NCBI GenBank assembly: GCA_965242865.1
Contig: CBDETK010000013.1
Span: 4,960,001 to 5,024,000, forward strand
DNA: 64,000 bases
Origin: Candidatus Latescibacterota bacterium
Lineage (GTDB): Bacteria > Latescibacterota > UBA2968 > UBA8231
Direction: 5' to 3'
Both the position numbers and the translations under genes were made by a program. The notes beneath the pieces are model-generated. The model worked only from the letters and a program-made list of their open reading frames with translations. It was not told the origin of the DNA and did not search any database. Below are positions 18,660-28,052 of the stretch, piece by piece (position 1 is the first letter of the stretch; every line of letters starts with the position of its first letter).

Positions 18660-19510
18660 GCGTGGCCGGCTGTCTTGGGGGATAAAAGTGCGATCAAGCG
18701 CGCTAGTTCGGCCGCCAGTTGGTCGCGCGGGACGATGCGGTCGATAAAGCCGTGTTCGAGGACGGTCTCGGCTTTCTGAAAGCCCGCGGGAAACGGGGCA
18801 TCTGTGCCGAGGAACTGCTGGATGACAGCTGGCCCGGCAAACCCAATGCGCGCCCCAGGTTCGGCCAAGGCAATGTCCCCGAGCATGGCAAAGCTGGCGG
18901 TGACGCCCCCGTAGGTCGGGTCTGTGAGAATGGCGATGTAGAGCAAACCGTGTTGCGCGAGCTGATTGAGCTTGGCGCTGATCCGGGCCATCTGCATCAG
19001 GGAATAGGCGCTCTCCTGCATTCTGGCCCCAGCAGACTGGCAGATGACGATTAGGGTGCGGCGCTCGGCCATGGCGCGGTCGATGAGGCGGCAGAGCTTT
19101 TCGCCGGTCGCGCCGCCCAAAGTGCCCATGAGGTAGCGCGTGTCCATAACGGCGAGGGCAATGGGCTGCCCGTCGATCTGGCCGATGCCCGTGCGCACTG
19201 ATTCCTTAATGCCGCTTTCGCGCCGCCCCTTCTTGATTTTGTCCTTATAGCCTTTGAACTTGAGCGGATCAACGGGCGTCACGTCTGGGTCTATTTCGGC
19301 AAAAGTGCCGTTGTCGAGGAGGAGGTCGATGTATTGTTTGGGGCCGATGGGGTAGTGACAGGCGCATTCCGGGCAGATCCAGTGGCTGCGCCGCAGTGCC
19401 AGCTCGTAGTTGGAACGACCGCAATTTTTGCACTTGATCCAGATGCCTTGGGGAATTTCGCGCTTTATTAGGGACTTAATCCCCGTTTTCATTTTTTCAA
19501 ACCAGTTCAA
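18656..19510 (-). CDS. accD: Acetyl-CoA carboxylase carboxyltransferase beta subunit
   Basis: WIKCKNC...CPEC zinc finger, GARMQES, PTYGGVTASFA, IGFAGP. Confidence 0.95.
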   Translation of the reverse strand: MNWFEKMKTGIKSLIKREIPQGIWIKCKNCGRSNYELALRRSHWICPECACHYPIGPKQYIDLLLDNGTFAEIDPDVTPVDPLKFKGYKDKIKKGRRESGIKESVRTGIGQIDGQPIALAVMDTRYLMGTLGGATGEKLCRLIDRAMAERRTLIVICQSAGARMQESAYSLMQMARISAKLNQLAQHGLLYIAILTDPTYGGVTASFAMLGDIALAEPGARIGFAGPAVIQQFLGTDAPFPAGFQKAETVLEHGFIDRIVPRDQLAAELARLIALLSPKTAGHA

Positions 19511-19615
19511 AGCTCGTCCTCTCAGATAGCCCCGTCGCTCGCTGGCGGCAACATGAAGGGGGCGGTAGCCGCGATAAAGTGGATAAAGTGCATTAAAAAT
19601 AAATACTTGTCAATT

Positions 19616-19645
19616 TACATCTTCGCGGCGATCCGCGAAGATGTA
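19616..19645. repeat. Perfect 13-bp inverted repeat in the accD/TPR divergent intergenic region
   Basis: TACATCTTCGCGG-cgat-CCGCGAAGATGTA. Confidence 0.9.
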
Positions 19646-19840
19646 GCGCAGTCGCTATATGGCTATTATGGCTATAATAACTGAGGTTCGCGTGTAGGTG
19701 GACTTTGAAGTTGCATCCCAAACCGTAAATCTATATCTTGACAGCATTGCGAAGGCTACATTGAGCAATGCAGGCAATGACTGATGAACCCGCGAATTGT
19801 CGCGGCTTTGGAGACCGTAGCCACATAGAGGATCGCTCCC

Positions 19841-20980
19841 GTGAAATGTAATTTGATGCGCAGCCTAGGACTTGTGATCTGCACCTTGGTTTTGAGTGCC
19901 GAGGCAGAAGAAGTTGCAACCGCCGATTCAATCCGCAAGTACAAATACTACGCCAAGACAGCCCGCCAAAACAAAGAGTACGACAGGGCCATAAGCTATT
20001 ACACGACCCTGCTGCAATATAGCCCCCAAGACTTGAAGGCGTCCTACTTCTTGGGGCAGCTCTATTACGAAAAAAGGGATTCCACCGGCACCCACATCGC
20101 CCTGCCTCAAGCACGCACCGCCCTGCGCCGGGCGGTCAGCATCGACTCGCTGCATCTGAATTCCAACCTGCTTCTCTATTCGATACACAAAGCCATGGAC
20201 GCGCCCGATGCGGCTGCTCGGAGCTTGGAGCGCGTACTGATCAAAAAGCCGGATGCAGCCAAGCACCGCCGCGAGTTGGCCGACCTCTATCGCCGCGAGG
20301 GCCACAACGAGCGAGCTATTGCCCACTATGAACAGTTGGTCGCGGACGGTGGCAAAGACGCCGAGTTGTTTGAAATACTTGCGGTGTTGCACCAGGAGCT
20401 AGGGCAGGCGGAGCAGGCTCTCGAGTGGCGCAAACGCCTAATTGAGGGCGGGGCGGGCGATGCCGGCCAATTGGAGAGCATCGTCGAGCTGAAGCTAGAG
20501 GTCGGCGATGTCAAAGGGGCTTACGACACGCTCTTGGAACTGGCGAAGGTGGATTCGCAGAACGCCTATTCCTATTACAGCCGCATCGCCGCAATCGCCG
20601 CTGAAGAGGGCGACGACTCCATGCATGTCGAGGGGCTCAAGGGCATGGTCGAGGCCGATCCCAAGGATTTGGAGAGCATAGCGGAGCTGGTGGAGTGGCA
20701 CCAAGGCCGCGGCGAGTTCGCCACGGCCAAAGCGTGGTTGGAGCGGGGGCTGAGGGAAAATTCCGCGGATGCCCACCTATTGCTGCTCAAGGGCGACAAT
20801 CTGGTGCGGGAGGGCGACGAGGAAGGGGCCATTGCCGCTTTTGAGAAAGCCAAAGCCGATCCAGTCTGGGAGAAGGTGGCCCAGCAGCGCATCTGGCAGC
20901 TCCGGCCGCCCGAGACCGAGGAAGAAAAGCTCAAGCGGCAATTCTTCGGGGGCGACGAGGCACAAGCGGAGCAAAACTAA
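19841..20980 (+). CDS. Exported tetratricopeptide-repeat protein
   Basis: Signal peptide and multiple TPR-like helices (YFLGQLYY, ELADLYRREG, LLLLKGDNL); first gene of the Exb/TonB operon. Confidence 0.8.
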   Translation: MKCNLMRSLGLVICTLVLSAEAEEVATADSIRKYKYYAKTARQNKEYDRAISYYTTLLQYSPQDLKASYFLGQLYYEKRDSTGTHIALPQARTALRRAVSIDSLHLNSNLLLYSIHKAMDAPDAAARSLERVLIKKPDAAKHRRELADLYRREGHNERAIAHYEQLVADGGKDAELFEILAVLHQELGQAEQALEWRKRLIEGGAGDAGQLESIVELKLEVGDVKGAYDTLLELAKVDSQNAYSYYSRIAAIAAEEGDDSMHVEGLKGMVEADPKDLESIAELVEWHQGRGEFATAKAWLERGLRENSADAHLLLLKGDNLVREGDEEGAIAAFEKAKADPVWEKVAQQRIWQLRPPETEEEKLKRQFFGGDEAQAEQN

Positions 20981-21035
20981 CCATTGCTCCGGTCTATTGG
21001 TTAGGCTGGGGCCAACATTCACAGCGAGGAGAAAA

Positions 21036-21653
21036 ATGGTAGAGCTTTTTTACGACGGCGGATGGGCCATGTATCCCCTGCTCTTGCTGCTTATCATCGG
21101 CGTTGCCGTAGCGATTGAGCGCGTGTACAATCTATCGCGGTCGTCGATTGACGCTGCGAGTTTCTTCACGGACCTCGAAGAGGCCCTCGAAAGCGGAGGC
21201 CCCGCGGCCGCGGCCGAGCTTTGCTCGCAGACGCGCGGTCCGGTTGCCTCCATTATCCACGCTGGGCTCCAACGCTTGGAGCGCGGCCTCGACCAAGTCG
21301 AGAAAGCCATTGACAACAACGGTGCGGTGGAGATGGCCTTTCTCGAGCGCGGCATGGTGTGGCTCTCAACGGTGGCCAACTTGGCGCCGATGATAGGCTT
21401 TTTAGGCACGGTTAGCGGTATGATCAATGCCTTTCAAGCGATCAAGGAAGCGGGCGACGTCGAGCCTTCCATGGTCGCGGGTGGTATTTCCGAGGCCCTA
21501 ATCACCACGGCCGCGGGGTTGATCGTGGGCATCTTGATCCAGTTTTGCTACAATTTCTGCGCCAATCGCATCGACAAGATCATCGCCGACATGACCGAGC
21601 AGACGGCCAACTTCATCGACCTGCTGGCCGCCCGCCAACACCGCGGAGCCTAG
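21036..21653 (+). CDS. exbB: MotA/TolQ/ExbB proton-channel protein
   Basis: GGWAMYPL, APMIGFLGTVSGMI, GISEALITTAAGL. Confidence 0.92.
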   Translation: MVELFYDGGWAMYPLLLLLIIGVAVAIERVYNLSRSSIDAASFFTDLEEALESGGPAAAAELCSQTRGPVASIIHAGLQRLERGLDQVEKAIDNNGAVEMAFLERGMVWLSTVANLAPMIGFLGTVSGMINAFQAIKEAGDVEPSMVAGGISEALITTAAGLIVGILIQFCYNFCANRIDKIIADMTEQTANFIDLLAARQHRGA

Positions 21654-21655
21654 GC

Positions 21656-22069
21656 GTGATCGAGAGGCGTCAGAGCCGGGTTGCCCCGGAAATTCCCACG
21701 GCTTCAATGGCGGACATCGCCTTTTTGCTCATCGTGTTCTTCCTCGTCACGACCACCATGAACCAAGACAAGGGTCTTTCCCTGCATTTGCCGCCGGTGG
21801 GCGAGACCAAGGAAGTGCGAGAAAAGAATATTCTCAACGTGTGGATCAATGCCCGCGACCAGCTCGCCTTTTTTGAGCACGACCAGCTAACACCGGTGCC
21901 GTTTGCCGAGCTCAAGGGGCGCATTGAAGGGCGTCTGCGGGAAAACGAGAATCTGATCGTCTCGCTCAAGACGGAGCGCGGAGCCACCTATCGGACCTTC
22001 GTCGATGTACTCGACGAGCTCAAACTGGCCGGAGCCACCAAAATCTCGGTTGCCAACCCGGAAGAATAG
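21656..22069 (+). CDS. exbD: ExbD/TolR family protein
   Basis: IPTASMADIAFLLIVFFLVTT. Confidence 0.9.
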   Translation: MIERRQSRVAPEIPTASMADIAFLLIVFFLVTTTMNQDKGLSLHLPPVGETKEVREKNILNVWINARDQLAFFEHDQLTPVPFAELKGRIEGRLRENENLIVSLKTERGATYRTFVDVLDELKLAGATKISVANPEE

Positions 22070-22072
22070 CCG

Positions 22073-22486
22073 ATGAAATTCGCCCGTAAAGCCAAAGTAG
22101 CCAGCGTTATTCCCACGGCCTCCATGGCCGACATCTCCTTCTTGCTCCTCGTGTTTTTTATGGTCTCAACGGTTTTCGTGCGCTATAGGGGCGTGCCGGT
22201 GGAGTTGCCACAGGCCGAAAAAATTGAGAAGATCGAAAGCCGCCGCAACGTATTGCAGGTTTGGGTCAACAGCGAGGGAGTCGTCAACATTGAAGACCGG
22301 AACATACCGCTTTCCGAAGTGGGCGCATTGGTACATAAGTACCTGACGGCCAACCCTCGGTTGATCATCTCGTTGCGGGGCGATAAGGACTCCGAGTTCG
22401 GGGTGATTTCCGATGTCATGGAGGAGTTGCGCAAGGTCGAAGCCCTGCGGGTCAACTTCTCCACCAAACGGGAGCTGGACGAATGA
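22073..22486 (+). CDS. exbD: ExbD/TolR family protein (second copy)
   Basis: IPTASMADISFLLLVFFMVST. Confidence 0.9.
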   Translation: MKFARKAKVASVIPTASMADISFLLLVFFMVSTVFVRYRGVPVELPQAEKIEKIESRRNVLQVWVNSEGVVNIEDRNIPLSEVGALVHKYLTANPRLIISLRGDKDSEFGVISDVMEELRKVEALRVNFSTKRELDE

Positions 22487-23139
22487 TTCGCGGCAAGCAG
22501 CCCGAAGCCAACTTGCGGTTGACGTACCGGAAGACGTTGTGGACTTGCACGGGGCTTTCGACCCTCTTGCACGGGGCCATCTTTGTGCTCTTCCCCAACT
22601 TCGAGCCTGAAGCCTACGCCAAGCCCGAAGAGCCGATTGTCATTCAGCTCGAAGAAATCCCCGAGACTAAGCAGGAACGCCGGCCCCCACCGCCCGCCCG
22701 CCCAGTAGTACCCGTGCCGACCGACGACCCAGATGTCCCAGATGACGTGACCATTGAGGACACCGATCTCGATCTCGATCTCGACGATCTGGCGCCGCCG
22801 CCGCCATTAAAGGAAGAGGTGGTTGAGGAGGTCGAGCTGGAAGAGGAAGAGGAGATCGTCGAGTTGTGGCGGGTTGAGAAAAAGCCCGTGATCACCAAGA
22901 AAGTAAGGCCCAAGTATCCGGCGACCGCTCAGAAGGCCAACATCACCGGCAAGGTGTTTGTCACGGCACTCGTCGGCAAAGACGGCAAGGTCGAGCAAAT
23001 CGGCAAGATCACCGGTCCCAAGGTGTTCCACGAGGTCGCCAAAGCGGCCGCCCTCCAGTCGGAGTTTACGCCGGCCATGCAAAACGACCGGCCCGTCAAG
23101 GTCTGGGTCAGCCTGCCCTTCACCTTCAGGCTCAACTGA
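22483..23139 (+). CDS. tonB: Energy transducer TonB
   Basis: N-terminal TM with SxxxH, Pro/Glu-rich linker, PKYP...GKV C-terminal domain. Confidence 0.9.
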   Translation: MIRGKQPEANLRLTYRKTLWTCTGLSTLLHGAIFVLFPNFEPEAYAKPEEPIVIQLEEIPETKQERRPPPPARPVVPVPTDDPDVPDDVTIEDTDLDLDLDDLAPPPPLKEEVVEEVELEEEEEIVELWRVEKKPVITKKVRPKYPATAQKANITGKVFVTALVGKDGKVEQIGKITGPKVFHEVAKAAALQSEFTPAMQNDRPVKVWVSLPFTFRLN

Positions 23140-23253
23140 CGGTTCCCATATCCTCCTATTTTTTTTATATTTAGTAGCATAGTAGCACTCCCCTTCCTCC
23201 TCGTACAAACGCCCCCCACCGTACTCCGAACAGACTGATGGAGGATTGGTCTC

Positions 23254-23706
23254 ATGCGGTGTCCTTATTGCAATGGTGCAGAAGATCGAGTGGTGGATTC
23301 GCGGTCGTGCCGCGAAGGTATGGCGATCCGTCGCCGCCGCGAGTGCATAAGCTGTGCCAAGCGTTTCACAACCTACGAATACGTCGAAAGCGTGCCGCTA
23401 TCCGTTATCAAGGCCGACGGCCGCCGCGAGCCTTTTGATCGCAGCAAACTGCTCGACAAGATACAGATAGCCTGCTACAAGACGACCATTTCGGCTGAGG
23501 CGATCGAGCAACTCGTCGATCGGGTCGAGGCCGAAGTAAGCAGCCTCAACGTGAAGGAAATTCCCTCCAAGCAGATCGGCGAGCGCGTCATGGAGCATCT
23601 GCGCCAGCTCAACGCCGTGGCGTACGTGCGTTTTGCCTCGGTCTATCGCCAGTTCAAAGACAAGAGCGATTTCGTGCGCGAACTGGAACAATTGACCAAT
23701 AATTGA
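23254..23706 (+). CDS. nrdR: Transcriptional repressor NrdR
   Basis: MRCPYC..VVDSR..IRRRRECISC..RFTTYE, ATP cone, VAYVRFASVY. Confidence 0.97.
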   Translation: MRCPYCNGAEDRVVDSRSCREGMAIRRRRECISCAKRFTTYEYVESVPLSVIKADGRREPFDRSKLLDKIQIACYKTTISAEAIEQLVDRVEAEVSSLNVKEIPSKQIGERVMEHLRQLNAVAYVRFASVYRQFKDKSDFVRELEQLTNN

Positions 23707-23775
23707 GGTCCGTGCTGTTGTTTAAGCGCATCGCAACCCAATTGAAAAGAAATTGCTCTGCACAGATAATTTGCC

Positions 23776-23804
23776 TTGACAAGCATGCGCGCAGTTTCTA
23801 CTTT
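23776..23804 (+). promoter_or_regulatory. nrdJ promoter TTGACA-17-TACTTT
   Basis: Exact -35 hexamer, 17-nt spacer, followed by an NrdR box. Confidence 0.75.
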
Positions 23805-23812
23805 TAGCCGCG

Positions 23813-23828
23813 ACACAACATCTTGTGT
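23813..23828 (+). promoter_or_regulatory. NrdR box
   Basis: ACACAACATCTTGTGT matches the acaCwAtATaTwGtgt consensus, between nrdR and the RNR gene. Confidence 0.85.
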
Positions 23829-23829
23829 C

Positions 23830-23882
23830 AGATTAAGTGTATCGCCCTGAGATAGTGTGTCTCAGGGCGATACACTTAATCT
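23830..23882. repeat. Perfect 23-bp inverted repeat in the nrdJ 5' leader
   Basis: AGATTAAGTGTATCGCCCTGAGA-tagtgtg-TCTCAGGGCGATACACTTAATCT. Confidence 0.95.
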
Positions 23883-23966
23883 CTCCCCCCATTAACCTAA
23901 GTCCTTACTTTTTGGCGATTTTTTTACTTCGCCGATGGACCTTTTTTGCTTCAAGGGAGGGCATGA

Positions 23967-26318
23967 ATGGAGTCCGAACGCGCAGTCGCACACCGCTTTG
24001 AAGACATGTTGGCGCAACTCGAAGGCCACGGCCTCAAGCGCAACGGCCACGACGCCCTTTTGGCCCGGGCCGCTGACGCCGAAACCTATTACGGCGACAA
24101 CGACCTCGCCATCGACGTTTTGCGCAACAAATACTTGGCCCCCGGCGAGACCGGGCCGCTGCACATCTGGGACCGCATCGCCCGGGCCATGGCCTCAGTG
24201 GAGGAAGATTCCCAATACTGGTATGACCGCTTCTTCTCGCTGTTGATGGATTTCACGTTCATCCCCGGCGGGCGCGTCATGCACGGGGCCGGCCGGGACG
24301 AGGCCCGACGCAAGCCGACCCTGTCCAACTGCTACGTCATTCCCATTGAAGAGGACAGCCTCGAAGGCATCTACCGCTGCCTAAGCGAGTCGGCGATGGT
24401 GTACCGCACGGGCGGGGGCGTGGGCACGGATTTATCGATCCTCAGGCCGCACGGGGCCCCGGTCAACGCCACGGTGGATGCCTCGCCGGGTTGCACCGCC
24501 TTTATGAACCTGCTCTCCGAGAGCACCAATGCCGTCTCCCAAGCCGGCCGTCGCGGTGCCCTGATGCTGACCTTGCGGGTTGATCATCCCGACATCGAAG
24601 ACTTTATCACCATCAAAAACGACGCCAATCGCACCAAAGTGCAGTACGCCAATATCAGCGTGCTCATTACTCACGAGTTCATGCAGGCGGTGTTGGCGGA
24701 CTCGGACTTTGACTTGCGCTGGAATGGTAAAGTATTCCGCACGATTAAGGCGCGCCAACTGTGGGACAAGATCATCGCCAATGCCCACGCCAGTGCCGAG
24801 CCGGGGATTATCTTTTGGGACACCATGCGCGAGTATCACAATGTCGAATACGCCAATCCGCTCACCAGTACCAATCCCTGCGGCGAACAGCCGCTGGCGT
24901 CGTACACGGCCTGCAATCTAGGCAACCTCAATTTGGTCAACTTCGTACGCGCCGGCCGCGAGTTTGACTACGAAGCATTGGGGCAGGCCGCGCGCGTGGC
25001 GACCCGCTTTTTGGACAACGTCATTGATTACAACATGGACAACCACGCCCTGCCCAAAATTCGGGAAGCGGTCGCCTCCGATCGCCGAGTGGGTTTGGGC
25101 CTCACGGGCATGGCCGATGCGCTGGTCTTGATGCAGAGTAAGTACGATTCGGACGAGGCTTTGGCGATCGTCGATAAGGTCATGGCCACCATCCGGGACC
25201 ATGCGTACGAAATGTCCGTTGAGTTGGCGCGGGAGAAAGGCCCTTTTCCGCTTTTCGACTGGGCGGGCGTCAAGCAGAGCAAATTCATCCAAACCCTGCC
25301 CCGTGCGCTGCAAGAGAAAATCGCCGCGCACGGCCTGCGCAACTGCACCTTGATTACCATGCCGCCGGTGGGCACCGGTTCGATTGTGGCGCAGACGAGT
25401 TCGGGCATTGAGCCCATCTTCTGCACCAGCTATACCCGCCGGGTAAAGCAGGATGACGGCGAGAGTTTCCGCGAGTACAAAATCTATCACCCGCTCGTCC
25501 AGCGCGTCTTCGGCGGCGACGAGGACCTGCCCGATTACGTCGTGACGGCCCACGAGATCGACCCTTATTTCCGCGTCAAGATGCAGGGCGTGATCCAGCA
25601 GTACACCGATAGCAGCATTTCTTCAACGCTCAACCTGCCCGAAGACATCGCGCTCGAAACGGTCGCCGACATCTACATCACCGCGTACAAGGAGGGGCTC
25701 AAGGGCGTGACGGTGTACCGCGAGGGCAGCCGCGAGGGCATCCTGCAGACCGAAGGCCAAGCCGACGACAACGAAGCGGCAGCACCGGCGGCGGTTCCCA
25801 ACTACATGGGGCCGGATGGCTTCCTTCACCGGCGGCGGCGGCCGGCGGTCACCACCGGCATCACCGAGCGGATCAACACCGGCGAGGGCAAAATCTACGT
25901 CACAATCAACGAGGACGAGCACGGGATATGCGAAGTCTTCAGTACCATCGGCAAGTCTGGCGGCAACGCCGCCGCTCAGTCTGAGGCCATCAGCCGGCTA
26001 ATTTCGCTGGTGCTGAGTTCGGGGGTTGATCCCCAAGAGGTTATCAGCGAATTGAAGGGCATTTCCGGCCCCAGTCCAGTGTGGGAAAACGGCGAGCTAA
26101 TCCTCTCCACGCCCGATGCCATTGGCAAGGCGATGGAGCGCTATTTGCAGCGGACAGCAGGCCAGCCGCGCGAAGCTGTCGCCCCGGAGAACGCGCCGGC
26201 TAGTTCCGTCGCGAGCAGCGAGCCAAAGACCCTGACGACCTGTCCAGAGTGCGGGGCGACGGTATCCTATGAGAGCAGCTGTCTGATGTGCAAGCACTGC
26301 GGGTGGTCCAAGTGCTGA
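23967..26318 (+). CDS. nrdJ: Adenosylcobalamin-dependent (class II) ribonucleotide reductase
   Basis: LSNCYV, GGGVG, RRGALM, TNPCGEQPL, PPVGT; C-terminal TSCPD-like and CPEC..C..CG.SKC zinc domains; no beta-subunit gene nearby. Confidence 0.92.
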   Translation: MESERAVAHRFEDMLAQLEGHGLKRNGHDALLARAADAETYYGDNDLAIDVLRNKYLAPGETGPLHIWDRIARAMASVEEDSQYWYDRFFSLLMDFTFIPGGRVMHGAGRDEARRKPTLSNCYVIPIEEDSLEGIYRCLSESAMVYRTGGGVGTDLSILRPHGAPVNATVDASPGCTAFMNLLSESTNAVSQAGRRGALMLTLRVDHPDIEDFITIKNDANRTKVQYANISVLITHEFMQAVLADSDFDLRWNGKVFRTIKARQLWDKIIANAHASAEPGIIFWDTMREYHNVEYANPLTSTNPCGEQPLASYTACNLGNLNLVNFVRAGREFDYEALGQAARVATRFLDNVIDYNMDNHALPKIREAVASDRRVGLGLTGMADALVLMQSKYDSDEALAIVDKVMATIRDHAYEMSVELAREKGPFPLFDWAGVKQSKFIQTLPRALQEKIAAHGLRNCTLITMPPVGTGSIVAQTSSGIEPIFCTSYTRRVKQDDGESFREYKIYHPLVQRVFGGDEDLPDYVVTAHEIDPYFRVKMQGVIQQYTDSSISSTLNLPEDIALETVADIYITAYKEGLKGVTVYREGSREGILQTEGQADDNEAAAPAAVPNYMGPDGFLHRRRRPAVTTGITERINTGEGKIYVTINEDEHGICEVFSTIGKSGGNAAAQSEAISRLISLVLSSGVDPQEVISELKGISGPSPVWENGELILSTPDAIGKAMERYLQRTAGQPREAVAPENAPASSVASSEPKTLTTCPECGATVSYESSCLMCKHCGWSKC

Positions 26319-26347
26319 GCTAAAGCCGGACCGCGCTTTTGCTTGAG

Positions 26348-26390
26348 GCGAGGACGTCGTCGGGAAACCGGCGGCGTCCTCGTTTATTTT
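26348..26390 (+). terminator. Intrinsic terminator after nrdJ
   Basis: GCGAGGACGTCGTCGG-gaaa-CCGGCGGCGTCCTCGT followed by TTATTTT. Confidence 0.7.
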
Positions 26391-27142
26391 AGGTCCAGCA
26401 CCAATCCGTCGTACGCGAGTTGCACGCCCGGGGGAAGTTCGGCGTTGGTCTGATGGTGGTCGAGGTCGTGGGCGATATGCGTGAAGTACGTGCGAGCAGG
26501 CCGGAGCTCGGCGACGATGGCCAACGCCTGCTCGACGTTGAAATGGGTGGGATGTTCTTGGTGGCGCAGGGCGTCGAGGACCAAGACCTCTAGGCCGCGC
26601 AACCGCGCCATGGCCGCGGCCGGGATGCAGTTCGTGTCCGTGGCGTAGGCAAAGTCGCCGATGCGGAAGGCGAGGACCGGGGCGCGGCCGTGATAGATGG
26701 TGAGCGGCTCGATCGCGAGCCCACAGGCTGTGAACGGCCCGGCAATCGGGCGCAGGGCAATCTGCGGCGTCGCGCTGGGGGCGTCTTTGTCAAAGGCGTA
26801 GTCGAAGACTCGTTCAATGCGTGCAATGGTGAGCGGGTCTGCGTAGCAGGGCAGCGGTTGGTCGCGGTCAAAGCAATAGGAGCGCACGTCGTCGAGGCCG
26901 TGCAGGTGGTCGGCGTGGCCGTGGGTCAACAACACGCAATCAACGCGATCGATCCGATAGCGCAGGGCTTGGGTTCTGAGGTCTGGACCGGCATCTACGA
27001 GGATGGATCGACCCCGGTGGGCTAGGTGTAAGGCGCAGCGCAAGCGCTTGTTTTTGGGGTCGTCCGAGGTGCAAACCGGGCAGTAGCAGCCGATGCGCGG
27101 CACCCCGATAGAGGTGCCAGTGCCGAGGAAAGTGACCTTCAT
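26384..27142 (-). CDS. MBL-fold metallo-hydrolase (PhnP-like phosphodiesterase)
   Basis: FLGTGTSIGVP..GC.C..C, THGHADHLHGLDD, HPTHF, THIAH, AYDG. Confidence 0.9.
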   Translation of the reverse strand: MKVTFLGTGTSIGVPRIGCYCPVCTSDDPKNKRLRCALHLAHRGRSILVDAGPDLRTQALRYRIDRVDCVLLTHGHADHLHGLDDVRSYCFDRDQPLPCYADPLTIARIERVFDYAFDKDAPSATPQIALRPIAGPFTACGLAIEPLTIYHGRAPVLAFRIGDFAYATDTNCIPAAAMARLRGLEVLVLDALRHQEHPTHFNVEQALAIVAELRPARTYFTHIAHDLDHHQTNAELPPGVQLAYDGLVLDLK

Positions 27143-27894
27143 GCCGACACAGCGGGCAGGGTCAGAATCCGCGGCCCATCCGCGGCAATGGCCACGGTGT
27201 GTTCGGCATGGGCCGTGAGCGAGCGGTCCGAGGTAAGGGCGGTCCAGTCGTCGAGCTGGTTGATTTGGGGGTTGCCTAGGCAGAGAATCGGCTCGATGCA
27301 GAGTACGTGTCCGGGCTTGAGCAGCGGGCCTTTGCCGGGCGAGCCATAGTTTTCGATATAGGGCGACTCGTGCAGCTCGCGGCCAATGCCATGGCCTCCG
27401 TACTCGCGCACTACGGCCAGACCTTGGCTTTCGGCGTGGCACTCAATGGCGTGCGAAATGTCGGAGAGACGCCCGCCGGGGCGCGCTCGGTCAATGCCCT
27501 GAGCGAGGCATTCGAGGGTGCCATTGATGAGGTGCTGCGCCGGGGCGCTGATCGCGCCGACTGCCACGGTAAAGGCCCCGTCGCCGTAGTACCCGTCGAG
27601 GCAGGCCCCCACGTCAATGCTGACGATGTCGCCCTCTTGTAGCGGGGTTTTGTCCGGGAGCCCATGGGCGATTGCGGCATTTACTGAAGCGCAAATTGAG
27701 TAGGGAAAGCCGTGGTATCCTTTGAAGGCGGGCGTCGCCCCTAAGGCGCGGATTTCGGCCTCGGCGACTTGGTCCAACTCGAGGGTGCTGACGCCGGGCG
27801 CGATGAGCGCTTCGAGCTTCTGCTGGACGGCAAAGACGATCTGGCAGCTAGCGGCAATGTGTTCTATTTCGCTTGATTTCTTGCGGTGGATCAA
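27139..27894 (-). CDS. map: Type I methionine aminopeptidase
   Basis: HGLP, SIDVG, GDGA, GHGIGRELHE, IEP, AHAEHTV; TTG start is inferred. Confidence 0.93.
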   Translation of the reverse strand: MIHRKKSSEIEHIAASCQIVFAVQQKLEALIAPGVSTLELDQVAEAEIRALGATPAFKGYHGFPYSICASVNAAIAHGLPDKTPLQEGDIVSIDVGACLDGYYGDGAFTVAVGAISAPAQHLINGTLECLAQGIDRARPGGRLSDISHAIECHAESQGLAVVREYGGHGIGRELHESPYIENYGSPGKGPLLKPGHVLCIEPILCLGNPQINQLDDWTALTSDRSLTAHAEHTVAIAADGPRILTLPAVSA

Positions 27895-28052
27895 GGTGCA
27901 AACCCCAGAGAATTCGGCGCGCAATGCCAAATGCGGTACGAAAAGGCGGCGGTGCTGGTTTGTCAAGAGCGCGTCTTGCGGTTGTCTTAGGGCGTCTATA
28001 TATTCAAAAAATTGCGTAACTTACGGCTAAATCCTATCAACCGAGGGAGCAG

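Noticed and set aside
23707-23966. Cobalamin riboswitch ahead of the B12-dependent nrdJ
   Set aside because: No B12-box or conserved GGGAA/GCCACTG elements are visible; the space is taken by the promoter, NrdR box and hairpin.
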